From positions 668,685 through 732,684 of the forward strand of contig NW_018408532.1 of assembly GCF_002113885.1 (NCBI RefSeq): a stretch of DNA of 64,000 nt, in the 5' to 3' direction. Of this stretch, positions 14,506 to 29,000 are shown in pieces (position 1 is the first letter of the stretch; each line of letters begins with the position of its first letter). The notes beneath the pieces are model-generated. The model had not been told where the DNA came from. It saw nothing but the letters and a program-made list of their open reading frames with translations, and made no database searches. The translations under genes were made by a program, and so were the position numbers. The stretch comes from Mizuhopecten yessoensis. Its lineage: Eukaryota.

Positions 14506-14870
14506 GACGCCACATGCAGTCACGGAAGGCATTATATTCAGCGCCACATGTGGTGACGGAAGACATCATAATCAGCGTTTCATGAGACGACGGAAGACGT
14601 CATAATCAGCGTTTCATGTGCTGACGGAAAACAGCATAACTCGCGTCACGTCTGGTTGCGGAAGGCATCATAATCAACGTCACATGTTGTGATGGAAGAC
14701 ATCATAATCAGAGTCACATGTGGTAACAGAAACAGCGTCACATGTGTTTACGGAAGAAATCATAACCAGTGTCACATGTGGTGACGTACATGTAAGACAT
14801 CATAATCAGCGTCACAGTTTGTGCCGGAAGTAATCATGATGGGTGCCACATGAGTTGTAGAAAATCATTA
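14506..14870. repeat. Degenerate 34-bp minisatellite
   Basis: Unit approx. AGCGTCACATGTGGTGACGGAAGACATCATAATC, about 10 diverged copies. Confidence 0.85.
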
Positions 14871-15440
14871 TCATTCCGAAGTACATAGGTTTATCTTGGT
14901 TTCTATTTTTGTGTGTCGTTAAGGATGTCTTGCATTGTTTAGGCGTCCTCTGTTTTTATAGCTGTCTTTTGCTATCTTCTTCGAGTTCTTTCTTGGTTAC
15001 TTCACAGTCATAGTGCTATTTTGATTATATAGCCGGATTGTGAACTATTGGGAAATGGCTTGTACTTTGACAAAGCTCAACACCAGATACTGTTTTTTCC
15101 CTGAGGCCGCTAGGCGAAGGAAAACTGTTTTTCATGGCTTACCTAGCATCAATGTTATTCCCTAAACACTCATGAAACAAATTACTTGTTTTCTATGTTA
15201 CAAGTTAGGGGAAATCCGGAAAACTATTTCTGGCATATTTATTGACCATGGACCAGAATTGGCAAACAGTTACCAAAAATAAACGGGGAAATATACGCAC
15301 ATGGTTATTGATTTATTGCTCAATGAACAGTTCATTGGTAAAGGGAAACAGGCAACTGTTTAAGCCTTCATGAGGGAAAAGGAACCAAAGGAACGGTAGA
15401 AAAGTAGTCATCAACAAATATATACACCCTAAGGTCATTA

Positions 15441-15620
15441 CATCAAATAGACATATGTTCTCCTTTTTAAGGCGAATAACTTCATCAAATAGACATATGT
15501 TCTCCTATGTAAGGCGAATATCTTCATCAAATCGACATATGTTCTCCTATTTCAGGCGGGGAAACTTAATCAAATGGATATCTGCTCTCCTAATTAAGGC
15601 GGGAAACATTATCAAATCAT
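15441..15620. repeat. 42-bp tandem repeat, about 4 copies
   Basis: CATCAAAT(A/C)GACATATGTTCTCCT recurs at 15441, 15483 and about 15525. This explains the repetitive ORF at 15455-15649. Confidence 0.85.
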
Positions 15621-18600
15621 TCATATTGATATCTGAACACTTCTGTTAATGGAGAAACTTCATATTGATATGTAAACTTATATCGGTTGAAAAACTCCTT
15701 CATATCACTCTCTGCACAACAATATTAATAGTTGGGAAACTAAATTATGTTGTTTGTCTGTACTTTTTCTAATTTATTGTGTAAGTCGCTAATGATACCA
15801 TTAATCATATAACACAAGCAAACAAATAATCCAGTCTCTATTTTTTGAAAATGCTAACAATAACAGGGACAATCATTTCTTTACTTTGTATGTACCATTC
15901 ACATCAAGTAATGGTAAGCTTTAATCCGACAGAATGATTCAATGCACAGCTGGCTCGAATAGCTCTCTCTTTCATCCATAAGACACATCTGCATCAGCAA
16001 GCACCGTTCCTGTACGATAGTGCTATCTTTAACCCGAGCTGAAGTGAGTGGAATATAATAATATAAGTGTGTACTTTTAGATATACCTAGTATTGGGAGT
16101 AAGGTACGCTACTACCTACGTCCGTGCACTCTACCGTCCGGCAGGGTTCTCGGGACATTTCAATTATACCCTTGAATCGTCAGCGTGCGTTCATTGAGAA
16201 TCTCATCCATCAGGGTAATCTGGTCGGCGGTAGGGCTTGCGTACATAGTTTTCGTGTAAAACACGTGTAATACAGGGTGTATCGGTCATTACCTCCGCCA
16301 CTGACCTCAGCCAACTTCGACCGGTGCTAAGGAAGGTGCATCTAGGTAGTAGAGTGTCAGGATATTGGCTTATAATACGGCTATCCACCTATCCATGTGC
16401 TTATAGCACAATAGTGACACAGGCAATTAAACTAGTATAGGATATGTAGGAGAAATATATCATTCCAGCAAATACTCTCAAACGTCGGAGAACATTTTTC
16501 ATTAGAATGGTAATATACTTTTTACTTGAGATTTTTTCTTCAGTTTTTTTAATGCTCTATAGGTTTTGTTGTCAAATAAACAAAAACGTTGTTTGCTTGT
16601 TTGTTTGCTTATATCTGGTAAAAGACCATGTTTTGCCAATAAACAATATGTGTTTAAGTTTTTCATCTCACGCCTGATGGTCTAGTTGCCAACGCACTTT
16701 TACAACGCACTTGAATATTTAGACGTCTGTGCAGTATCGGCCGCAAAACAATGAAAACTGTAGTATGGTATTGAATGACATATGAAATCAGGCATATTAA
16801 GTCATTGCTGCGCTAAATGTCTTTTTACCAGCTACTGTTTCACGTACAGTGATGATATGTAGGACTAGGGTGACCCTTCAACAGCTCCGTCCTAACGTAT
16901 GAATTATCGATCTCCTGATGTTTTATTGTAACCTAAAGAATGACAGTCGACATCACTTCAGGGTCATTAGGTGAAGCGTTTCTTCATTATCCTATAATAT
17001 TCTTTAAAGGTCAGACTTCAGCTTGTTCAGTTAAGGTACATTATCGTATACATTATCACTAGATTTTTACTAAGACGAAAATAATGTATGTAGGTATGAA
17101 TATGGTATATCTATCGTCCACAACATGTTGTGGTATTCTAAGTTTGTAAATAAAACGGGCGATATAAGTTATAACCTAACGAAGCTAAGAGCGGCTGAAG
17201 TCATTCCGATCGGTTCGTTAGCACATAACCGCTCCTTATTTCCAGTTCACTGCGACGTTTCCACACCTTAGTTATAATCAGTAAATCCAATTCGTCAACA
17301 TCACAAGTTCTAAAACGTATTGGTGGCCAGTGAAGGGTATCTTTATTATAACCACCACACCTAGGCCTGCTTCTCAAAGGATTACGGCCTGGTCATTGGC
17401 TTTTCACAGAAACATTGGGTTGTGTTCTTTCCTTGTAATTCACTGGTAACGTAATTGAACTTTACTGAAAGGTGCTTTGGCATTTTTTTTTATACACATT
17501 TCATATCAATACATTTTATTTGATACATCATACACGTGTGAAAGGGATCGGATACAGGGCGATCCATATTGAAGGTCATCTTTTCATATTTCTTAACGTC
17601 TGACGGGGTAATAGTTTTGAGCGGAAGCAAATATATCTAAGACGGAAATGTAACCATTGTCCCTCTATCGCTACACCCACTTGATTCAGGTTAATAATAT
17701 TTTTCTATTATACAAAAAAAAATGTTAAGGGTATATCTTTGTTGAATTGCGACCGTTGCGTGGTACCAGGCAAGCTTTTTTTTACTTTAATGTATAAAGA
17801 TAACATCACATTTTATGCTTTCCGTTGTGTTATTTGACTACATCATCATAATTTTTGTATCATTTTCTCGACGTTCTGATTGACCTGATCGATTTAGCGT
17901 TGAGTATGACCATCACATTAGATAAGATTGCGTATTCTTATTCAATTGAAATCACGAACCCTGCATTTGGGAGGAAATTGACAAGAAGAACTAACGTTAT
18001 ACCCAAGTTCCTGTTTAATAGACCACAGCGGGAACAATCCAAGATACCAAACAAAAGTAAAGACATTGATATCCCAATTAGACGCCGGAAACAAAACAAT
18101 GTGTTTTTGAAAGGTTTTTGTATCAGGCACCTCATGTGGGACTTGTCACGATGTCTCCCGTCAATTCCAGGAACGGATGTCAGTTATTAAATTTATCAAT
18201 TCTGTGGAGGGTTAAACATCGCTAGGGACCTCTGCTTTTCTCGTCTGTGAAAATGACTTCATATTGTAAGTACACGTCAGTCTTAGTAGTCATGATGAAG
18301 AGTCCTTCTATGCATACACTGGTCAGCAGAGTACTGAATAACCCTCCGAAATTCACCACACCAGACCCCATTGATTTTACGTCGGAGGTACGTACCTTGT
18401 AGAACAGTCTAACCATTCTGACGACGTGAAGTAGAGTTCTATATAATTATACCTTCACATGTCTGCCAATGTATCCGAGCAGAAAACCAGCGCAATAAAG
18501 TACAGGTTTGTGATGGACCGTTGTTTTGGAACGAATTGCAACCAGAGGTTTCTGTCACAATGGGAGTGTTATGTCACAGACAAGTGGACGATTTTGTCAC

Positions 18601-20018
18601 ACACCACTGAAAAGTTCTGTCGATACGAGAGGTTTCTTGAATGTTCTATTAGAACAGATGGGTTTTGCCCAACCCACGGAAAGTGGTGGAGGTTGGTTGT
18701 TGGTTCTGTTACAAGCGATGGGAGGGTTCTTTCACAAACCATGGGACAGTTCTGTCAAATAGAGAGGCTTCGAAGACAAAGTACTAAGTAACGCCGGGGA
18801 ATTTTTAGAAATAAAAAATAAATATGAATGAAACTTATGCTCCTGACACTCTTTGATAAACCTCTGATCGCATTGTAATATGCGTAGACATGCATTCATA
18901 TATCATTTTGTTCTCACTTATATTAAGTTCTGAGGTGCTTATCGTTATACTTTTGGGTGCTATTCTAATTTAATTTCACTTATGAACATCGTATGCGATA
19001 TGACGTCATTTGAATGGGATTGTGTAGTCTAGACGGTAGGGCGACATGTGACCCCGGACCACGACCCATGACCTCTCTGTGGAATCTTTAGGGCTGGCAT
19101 GTGGGCACCCGTATTCTCAAACCGAATGTTTACAGTTAATTGTGTCATATTGTCATGGTAGGCTCACTCGCTTACTGACATCCTTGACACCGAACAATTA
19201 CCAATCACGCATAAAGAGTCGTACAAACATCATGGGAGCGATTAAGAGTGGTTATAATTACATACTTGGGTTATATGGCGGTCTGTTTTGAAACGCCAAT
19301 CCGATCGATATCCATATCGGTATCTTATTGTGATACACTTTGATATCAACTAAACCAATCCTTTGTGTTTTACGAACTGTTTAACTGTTACATGAAGTGC
19401 CGCTCCTAGTATTTTACCTCCCGGTCACAAATTTGTTATAAAAATGCAGCGATGTGCTACTTAACTGCCGTAATGTGTTCTGAAAACTGCTCGTCAGCAA
19501 AACAGCATAGTGACAAAACGGACTGCGTTTCGGGAGTTCTTTATTACTTTTCACTACTCTGTCGTCTTCTGGCACAACATGACCAATTCAGTTTCCTTCG
19601 CGAAGAAGATTGGTAGGTCGTGAGAGCTAAATATTGTCTGGCATATTCCTATACGACCACGTACATTGTACCTTCATCAGCTGGATTTTTGTCCTTTTTG
19701 GTCCCATCTGTTCGCTACGGAATCCTATTCCTAGTTTTTCGCAAATGTAATCAAGCTAGACATTTGCTTGCTGTTAGTATATAGCTTAAATTTCAGTAGG
19801 TGATCGAATATTGCCTCTATTATATCCACCATGAGCTATCCCGGCCTTGGTATGGTGTGTTCATGGATTTCAAAAAAGATCTGTCAAGATCATGACTTCC
19901 GAGTTTGATAGGTTTCTAGTTTATTATGAAAATGAGTAACAAACAAAACAATATCGCCGCAAATAGACGTGACAAGAGTGAAGTCAATGAAGGCTTACGT
20001 AGGAGGTTTCATAGGCTG

Positions 20019-20262
20019 ACGTGCATCTAGTGTGGTCTTGTAAGCAAACGTGCATCTCGTGTGGTCTTGTAAGCAAACGTGCATCTAGTGTGGTCTTGTA
20101 AGCAAACGTGCATTTCGTGTGGTCTTGTAAGCAAACGTGCATCTCGTGTGGTCTTGTAAGCAAACGTGCATCTAATGTGGTCTTGTAAGCAAACGTGAAT
20201 CTAATGTGGTCTTGTAAGCAAACGTGCATCTAGTGTGGTCTTGTAAGCTAACGTGCATCTAG
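20019..20262. repeat. 29-bp minisatellite, about 8 copies
   Basis: Unit GTGCATCT(A/C)GTGTGGTCTTGTAAGCAAAC, highly homogeneous. Confidence 0.95.
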
Positions 20263-22429
20263 ATGATGTGGTTCTGATCGTTTTCCAGGTTTGCAAGCAT
20301 GAGTGTATTGATTCATACATATGGTTTGGAGTGTTTTTATTGATATGTTGATTGTACAGTGTTTCCAAGACACCATCCTCATCATGTTGGGACTTAGAAA
20401 CTGTTGTTGCAAAACGCCAGTCATTTTTGCTGTTGGCAAAGGCTAGTTGTGCGTTGTTTCTAATAGCTGGTCCAAACCTAACAGTGCTTTTTTATAGTAG
20501 CATCGTTATCCCTTTTTTACATTCAGTACTCTGTAGTTAAGGATAAGCTCTGAAAAGGACACACGATGAGGCAGTAGCAGGTTGCGCAATACGAAATGTT
20601 AGCACCTGAAAGGGCAGTTCGCACGAAGTCCCAATATTGCATTGATTGTATCATATGGCTATTTGAATTATTTATTTTATGAAACACGCATAATGGTTGC
20701 TTATTGTAGTAAGATAGGACTCTATTGGATACATTCTGGACAATTATGTGGCACTTATGAACTTCCGTACATGACAATTATAGCAGACTGACGTGTTTTG
20801 TTTTTGGAAAAAAAATGGTAAATGTTAGCATAATCTAATAATTGTAGCCTCTGCATTACCGTCACGATGCCAGTGCTAAATTTGATCTGACACAACAGTA
20901 TGATCATCACCACAGCGCATAAAACAAACATTCATGAGAAAATCATGCGCTTCTGACACCACTTATAAACCTTTTTCCAGATATAGGAATACTAGACATG
21001 GAAATTATTACCGAAAAGCTGAATCGCGTATTTTAATATCATAAAACAATTACTACTCACTCTCTGGTCAAATGTAAGTTGTACATTCCTTGAAAGAACT
21101 GTGTCAATAATGTTGATTATATACGGTGCGCGTCTGACAGCTTTATCATTTTTCCCTCTTTATTTGCGAGATCTCAGAAAAGGAGATAATTGAAACTTTC
21201 TACGGAAGCCGCAGCGGCACATTGTAGATCGTGTGTATTTTGAATGATAAACTTCTCCTTTCTGTGTGTTTAGCACTGGTACTTGAAACTATGTTTTCTA
21301 TGCAGACCACGTTGTAAGTCACATATAGTAAACTGGATTAACGTAGTTGCAAATTATCAAATATCACCGAAATTCAGTGAAACTAAACACTTCTGAAGAC
21401 CGAAGATAAAATTCATAAAGAGTCTTAGCAAAGCTAGATTTAATTCACTGTTACATAAGACTTTTGGATTGGTTGCAAATTTCAGTCAAAACGTCTGAGT
21501 ACAGTTATAATTAGTGCTTGATAGACATCCGGGAAGAAGCACACAACATCTCTTTAAAAATTATATACCATCCAGTAAGACTCGTTTTGGCTCAGAAAAT
21601 TCGTGACGGAAGCGGTTCGCAAATCAAAACATCCACTTGATGTCATATTAAAATAGTTTAGGGAATTAAACGGTCTTCTTCATCTGCGTTACGGAGGAGC
21701 AGTCCTGACACATCTGACGTTTTGGGTAATCTTCCTATCCGCCATGATGGAGTGGTGACCTCTGCAAGGCCGATTTACGTAACTAGTGGCAACCGTCAAC
21801 AAACACGACAGTGAAGAATTGTGCAAGCGTGTATGATCCGTCATGTTTATCGTGTGCCCGTTGGAATTGCCATACGACACTCTTTTTATATTTATGCCTG
21901 GCGTATCATTTTGGGTTTTTGGACAATCTTATGTAGTTAAAGTACATAAAATGGACACATTAATATCATTTTATACAATCTTCCAAAAATCGGAACAGTA
22001 CACTCAGGCTAATGAACTATCCTAGATATGATCAGAAAACCAGTAGTTTCATGATATTAATATCATCAAACGTATTTCCTTATGTCTTGTGGCATGTTTT
22101 CAGTCAAAGAGGAGCGATACTGTCCGTAAACAAGTTGTATTGATGTCCATTAAAACAAAGGTGAACTCAAGGTCTATTTCAATTGTATTCACCTGAGCGT
22201 TTGATCTATCTGAGAGGTTTCTTGTATTAATTAGGATACAGCTGTTCCCGGGGTTATCTTTATTTACAACTTGCTCTTGGTGTGGGAGAGGGATATTCCG
22301 TTGAGAAAACTGTCGTCCTCACTGACGCATTGATGAGTTTAGTAGGACTGAGATGATAAATTCGTGGTATTTAAAGTCATTTGTTATTTCGATGGTAAAC
22401 GTGATGGCCCATTGATGATAGCAGAGGTT

Positions 22430-22965
22430 CCCAGTGACGTCATTTTGTGGAAGAAGGAGTGTCATTTGTGATGGTAGACGCAACTGCTGACGTTATGTAA
22501 TTTGAGATTGAAGGGTTATTATTGATAGTATATGTCATAAGTGACGTCATTGTCTGAGAAAGAAACGTCCTAGGTCCCTCACGGTATTAAACGTCATCAG
22601 TGACATTAAAGATGGGAAAGAGACTTCTGTAGTAGACAATATCAGTGACGTCATGCCTTTGGAAAGAGAAGTGCTAGGTCCCTGGTAGTAGTGAATGTCA
22701 TCAGTGACAGTTTGGTGCAGAAAAGAGGCGTCTTAGTTCACACGTGGTAGAAGACGGCATCAGTGACGTCATGGTATGGGAAAGAGAAGTCCTAGGTCCC
22801 TGGAGGTAGGCGACGTCATCAGTGACGTCATGGTCTGGAAAAGAGAACTCCTAGGTCCCACGTGGAACATGTAGTAGACGGCTTCGGTGACGTCATGGTC
22901 TGGGAAAGAAAAGCTCTTAGTTCAACGTGGTAGTAGACCTTATCAATGACGTTGCGGTACGGGGA
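22430..22965. repeat. Degenerate ~59-bp minisatellite containing TGACGTCA palindromes
   Basis: Unit approx. CAGTGACGTCATGGTATGGGAAAGAGAAGTCCTAGGTCCCTGGAGGTAGGCGACGTCAT. TGACGTCA occurs at 22435, 22542, 22646, 22764, 22823 and 22888 (core spacings 118 and 59). Confidence 0.85.
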
Positions 22966-24190
22966 AGAAAGGCTCTGCATCCCCCAAAAGAACATATTTT
23001 GGTAGGAAAGAGAGGTGCCAGCGGCAGACATCATTAGTGTTGTTTTAGTTGTGGAAAGGGGGTGTTCCCTCGCGACAAAACTCGTAATCAGCATCTTTTT
23101 GTTGTCTCTGTGAGCTAAATTCGTGAGAGTCTTAGTAAGCCAAAACAATGAGTTAGTTTTCGTTTAGGAATGTATGTAGGTCGTCTTTGTACGAAACACA
23201 CAAAATACATTAATATTTTTACTCATTTGTTGTAAATTACTGTAGCTCCGTATGAGAGCGCTGTTGTTTTGTCAAAGTTCGCGCTAAATTGAATTAGTAA
23301 CATTGCCAATAATTGCGTCTATGGTTCGAATTCGACTTATATAAAATCTTGTTTTCGGTTACCGTGCAAAAAAAACCCCACCTTTTGTGCTTGATGATAG
23401 ACCTGCTGTACTCTTTCTCTCCTTTTCCAGCAGTTATATACACTTCACTATCAACTTGTCTGTGCATAAACTTTCAACAGTCTCACAACAAAGTTTTATC
23501 CGTATGGAAATGCCAGATAAAAAAATTTATCCGATATCTAAATCAATGTCTTGTCTTGTCTGCACAGTCGCTTTCAATACAGAAATATGCATACTTTCCT
23601 TATCTTTTATTCCGATCCGATTTGCTAGTAATGGGTCGGTCCGTCTTGGTCTGAATACATAACTAGACATTAGTTGTAGAAGGTCGCCGGCTGCCTTAGA
23701 TGTTTAAGTAGTTCCCTAGTACTTGTTGGTAATTGTACAAGTTTGTTTAAGTCATAACATACTTGAGCATTGGCATGATGGGGGGGCTGCAATAACCACT
23801 GCTGAAACTAGCACAAATTGCTCTATATAATGAAAAGAGGCACCGCAATGCATATACATATACATGTACATGTAGCTGTACTCCCTAAAACTGTAAATAT
23901 ACGTTTCAACTCAAAACACTTCAACGCCCCATGGTAAAATGGCTCTGTAATATATTATATATGAAAGCAAATATAAACATATCCTGTCGGTCGTAATAAA
24001 TAACACATGATATGTTAGAATTGACCGCAAAAAGCAAAATAAGACAGGATGAACTAGTTTTCTTCAATTTATAACTGCATGCATCCTTCATCAAAAAACC
24101 TTGTTAATAAACTAGCAATCAGAAGTTAAACATCTAAATCCAGACGTCGAAAACGATTTCAGGATAAAGATAGCGTTTATTATCCCCGTT

Positions 24191-24409
24191 GTCACCGGGC
24201 AGAACGCAGTGTTGGGTGCCTGCGGCATGGTATTTCAGTGAGATAGCACTATGATGTTGGCATCAGATCCGCGCTATCACAAGGAGGCACGTACACAAAC
24301 ATACCGTGTCTCCGGCACACATGCACGCATACACAACACACATGGAGGCACGTCCTTAAATGACCTTAGCTGTTAATAGAACGTTAAACAATATAAAACC
24401 AAACCAAAC
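24191..24409 (+). mobile_element. 5'-truncated SINE (central domain plus 3' tail)
   Basis: Contains ATTTCAGTGAGATAGCACTAT, whose reverse complement is nearly matched at about 56668-56686. Ends in GGCACGTCCTTAAATGACCTTAGCTGTTAATAGAACGTTAAAC...(AAACC)n, the same tail as the SINE at 34951. Confidence 0.75.
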
Positions 24410-25918
24410 GTAACCACCGTATTTAGTCAATACATGTATTATATGCCTAATGTCGATAAGAATTGATTTTTTCCCTTTTTTTCTTCCTCTCTTGAGCGGT
24501 TTACATCGTTGGTACTAATTGGCTCCCTACACTTAGGAAGTACTCGTTTTTGTATAGCGTCAAAGAGTAAACGTTATGGCCGGAAAATAAAGAGTTCAAG
24601 AGTGACAATTTATGATAGTATTTTTTACTATTTTGACGTTTGAAGTCAAAGCTGCTTTCTTAAATTTGTTTTATACCGTGCCACAACATAACCCCGGAAA
24701 TACCGGATTGGAAGTAATAGACGAACATGGCATCTTAGATATTTCGGAAAGGATGTCATAGTATTATAAGTATTTAGTCAATAATGGAATGCATTTATGA
24801 CATTATCTTTTTTCCTTTCCTTTCTTTTCTTGGCTACTGGTTTGACAGATGGCACACCCAGGTTTTCCTGTTATTCGTAAGCCCGTACTTTTGTCTATTA
24901 AATCATAATTATATTTTTGATATGACCCAATGTTCATGTAGTCATCTTTTGTTGTAATTATCAAAAATCCTTTGAAGAGATTTTCAAGCAAATAAACGTT
25001 TTGTATAGAGGATTGACTTTCAAAAAAAAAAAAAAATACTCTGGAGTATTCTAACAAAAGAATTCCATTTTCGTTCTTAAATTTAAAAACCCAAATTGCT
25101 ATCTTGAATAATCGAGGAAAATCCTTGTTTATTTTACAAATGGCCAGTGGGTAGCTATAGAGGTCGCCTTAGTCTTTGATGATCGCGCCATTAAGGAGCG
25201 CGATCCTTTGACGAAACCTTACGTCAATGATTTTTGCCAAAGTAGCATTTCATTGTGTTCAAGAAATGGCTTGCTATTTTTATTTGCAAACTTTATCGTA
25301 ATGGCCATTTAAATGGTTTAGCTGTACTAAGGCTGGTTATACGCCATTCATGGTGGTGTTACATTTCGCGCTGTTCTTTTGTCCTATTGGAAACTTTGTC
25401 ATTGCACTGTTGCCATTTACACGACAATACAGAATTATTTGATAAGTCATTCCTTGTTTTGTCTCTGATCTCTAAATATTATGTATTCATCGGAAACGTA
25501 TACAAATAAGCAATCTATGTAGAACATTGTGGAATTAATTACATATAAGTATGTTCCTATACCTGTTCGTCTTTTACATATTGACGTACATATCACGTAC
25601 ATTGTGCCCCGGTGCTGTTTTGATGGTCAACATTAAATGTAATTTAAAGTCTTCTGTTAAATCAAATTAGATTTATTTTCTCAACGCCGTTGTCTTTTGT
25701 GGGCGTAATGGCGTCCGTTGGTGTCCTGTCGTGTTTCTGTCGTATACGGGTATAGTTCACTCAAGCACATGGACCGGCAAGATCGTTACCGATCAATGAA
25801 TTCCGTCAATCTAAAGATGATCGTAGTTATATACAAACACTCACATAGCAAGGCTTCGGAACCTTTATTGGGAAAGTGGAAGTCGTGCTAACGTTTCAAA
25901 AGGAAAATGTATGAGAGC

Positions 25919-26007
25919 GCGTTAATTGTTTGACAAGTGTCTCTGTTGCTTGTTTGATATCGGGCGTTAATTGTTTGACAAGTGTCTCTGTTGCTTGTTT
26001 GATATCG
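25919..26007. repeat. Near-perfect 45-bp tandem duplication
   Basis: GCGTTAATTGTTTGACAAGTGTCTCTGTTGCTTGTTTGATATCG occurs at 25919 and 25964. Confidence 0.9.
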
Positions 26008-29000
26008 AATCAAAAACGTGCAGACCATCAAGAGACTTATCAGCGTTGCATTTTCACACGGTGCAGCTAAGCTGTGTATATAATATTAGTACATAATGAC
26101 GTTTTTATAGGGTAGAAGATTTTGCACATGTGTGTTGTATGTTGTGACATGCTGCAATCTGATTGTGAACGGAGAGCACTTGTTTTCTAAAAGAAGATTG
26201 ATTCTACCATAAGACCCGAATTCTTGTTTCAACGATCTGGTTTAAGTTACAAAGCAACTAGTTGAGGTTTTGGCAACATGATTTGGATTGGTGTACATTA
26301 AAATACTGAAAATCGTTTTAGCAAAAGGAATTCTACTTTCAACACCGAGAGCCGACCTGTATCAGTTCTGACGAATTACCTAAGTATTAGTGGTGTATTA
26401 CATGTTGGACGCTGGGTGTACACACGGGAACATACACAATATTCCATCTGCTCTAGACAAGTTTGAGGAATCCTCTTACAGTAGATATATGGGTTTGCCA
26501 GAGATACAAATAACGGTTTGTTGTTGGATGTTGAGACATGGATGCAATACGGTGATGTTACATTAGAGCTGCCTGTAGCATTGTCTAACTGGATGAGTTT
26601 TCCCCCCGCAAGTCCTGGCGTACCTCGAATCCCCCATTCTGTACATGACAAAAATACCATTGCGTTAACATAACACGCCGGCGGGAGGTCGTTAGGGGAG
26701 CTAATTTTTTTACCGACAATTGCAGCATAACTACTTATGATATTTGTGCTAACTACAGCGCCCCATGTGGAGCCTCTCTGGGTTATTGAGACTCGGGAGT
26801 AGAATATCTGTTGTAAAAGAGAGTTTCTCCATTTCTGTTTGGAAGGCTCGGGGTAGCGCACGGGATTATATATATATTTTTTAACTTTGTATGGGACAAA
26901 GCTGAAATCCGACTTTTAACAATGTGATTACACCTCCGATGGCAGAGTCAGGTTGTTGTCACACAGTCTACATTCATATTGATTCGAAGATATGATAGAA
27001 CTTAAGAAAGTGTTGCATGATATACATGTGCATTTGTTTCGATCGTGATCAGGCGCGTTCGATACTGATTAGTCACAAAACAGCGGCAGTGAGCTGTAAC
27101 CAATGTCGACAAAAAGCTTAACAACGCTGTTAGTTTTATTGGACCTCTAAACCAGAGAAGATTATCGATATCGAAGAAAAGGCGTGTTCGATAAGTCAAC
27201 CTATCGAGGGGAGTGGAAATATAGCCCTGACGTCACTTGGATCATTCCACACATCTCAGTACTTGTGAAACATTTTATTTTATGATTGTAATACAACAAC
27301 AAAGCGTAAATACAATGACTGGCGAACGCCGAGTATCACATAGGATCGCTGATAGTGGATATGATCAATGAAAACCACTGATTCTATTACAGCGCTAATA
27401 CCAGGTTTATTCATTTTATACGAGATTCGAATTCGTAATTACACTAACGTGTCTGGTCGGTGTATGTCAACACAGACCGATGCTTTAAAAAAGGAAAAGT
27501 GTGTTTGTCTTGAGATGGTGATCAAACTGTGCCGAGTTATAGAAATTGTTGGATTTACGAGTTAGCAGTATAACAGAGTTGAGGATAGTTACAGCGACTG
27601 AAGAAACGTGTTATAACGTCGGACTTATAACATGTGTACACGTTGTAGTGGACCTGGAAGGTTTAACTTTCCGTAAGGTATGTTTGTCTACATGTATTTG
27701 AGCTCAGGACGACGTCCTTTTAAATATGGTATTATTTTTTCCGTAACGCTATTTGCGCTCGTTGTGCAATGTTCTTTAAAAATTTACACGAAATGATACA
27801 CATATTATCCCTTATAGTTAAACTTGAGATGGAACAGTTCAATGTAAGCAGGAACACTTCGCTATTTTCAGACTGATTAAGGAATAGAAACTCACGTGTA
27901 ACTCTGTGCTTAGCAACCTTGAAATTTAAATAACCCAGTAATGATCTTACGATGTTGTATGCGTGGTAAAGCTTCGCTGAAGTTTCGTAGTAAATTCTGT
28001 CAGATCGATGAGTTCATGGTCTCCACATATTCTAGGGATTTGATTCGAGTAAAGTTGGATTTAAGTAATCAATTCACAATCACTAAATACTGTAATTAGT
28101 CATAACATCTTGAAAATAACTTCGTAGTGTATAATAAAAATGTGTAATTAAATTATTCCCTCTTTGTTTGTTGTACGCACAATTGAAATGACTACAAACG
28201 ACTACTTCAAAAGGAATCGGCGATTATTCATTATCAGTTAATATTAGTCGGTGTGTGTGTGTGTAGCTTTGAACAGGAATGATTAACTCATTGATGAATT
28301 ATATATAAAAAGATCGATCATGCCCAATCAACTACTGAGATCGATATATGTGTGGTGTGTATGTGATTGTAGCAACATGCCGGGAGGATGGAAATTCCAC
28401 TTCATCTTATGACAGTGTTGGTGTCTTTTTACTTTAAACCCTCGTGAGGCCTGATTGTTTTACAGAAATAGGTCAGACACCATCCCCTTAAATAGTTACA
28501 GTCACGCTCTGAAATCCTATATGCGACCAGCTCTGAACATTGGGAACACTTGAAGTATGTGTACGTTAAAATTAATATAGTCTAACGTCTGACGATGTCA
28601 AGTGTCTATTTATAGGGTCACTGGTGATTAAGACATGGTCTGACCAAGATGGTTTCCGGATGTTAACACTCTAGATTCGTTTGTTGCCGAACGGAAGTTC
28701 ATGACAACTTGTCAAGGAAGTAAATTCAATGTGAAACATATAATTTTCTCTAACTTAGTGAGATGTTATCCTACGTTATTTATTGAATTCATTTTGACTA
28801 TTGAACCGTATACGTTTATGACGTTTAAAAATGTGAGACTGGAGTCATAAAACATTTTATTATCTTCTTTATTTCTTCTCGGCATTTTATTGCGTGAAAA
28901 TGTTTGAACGTTAACCTTCCTCGACAAAGAGATACACATTATTGATGACCTGCATGACTACGAGACTAACAAACAGCCTATAGATGGTCATGCATTGTGG

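Noticed and set aside
17176-17238. Possible pseudoknot (CTAACGAA/TTCGTTAG and GAGCGG/CCGCTC)
   Set aside because: Short stems with no family context; expected by chance in 64 kb.
19984-20229. Repetitive ORFs (also 15455, 35753, 46185 and 60017)
   Set aside because: These are translations of minisatellites, not proteins.
26376-26861. 161-aa minus-strand ORF, the longest non-GPCR ORF
   Set aside because: Non-ATG start and no recognisable domain; only a vague resemblance to a decayed endonuclease.
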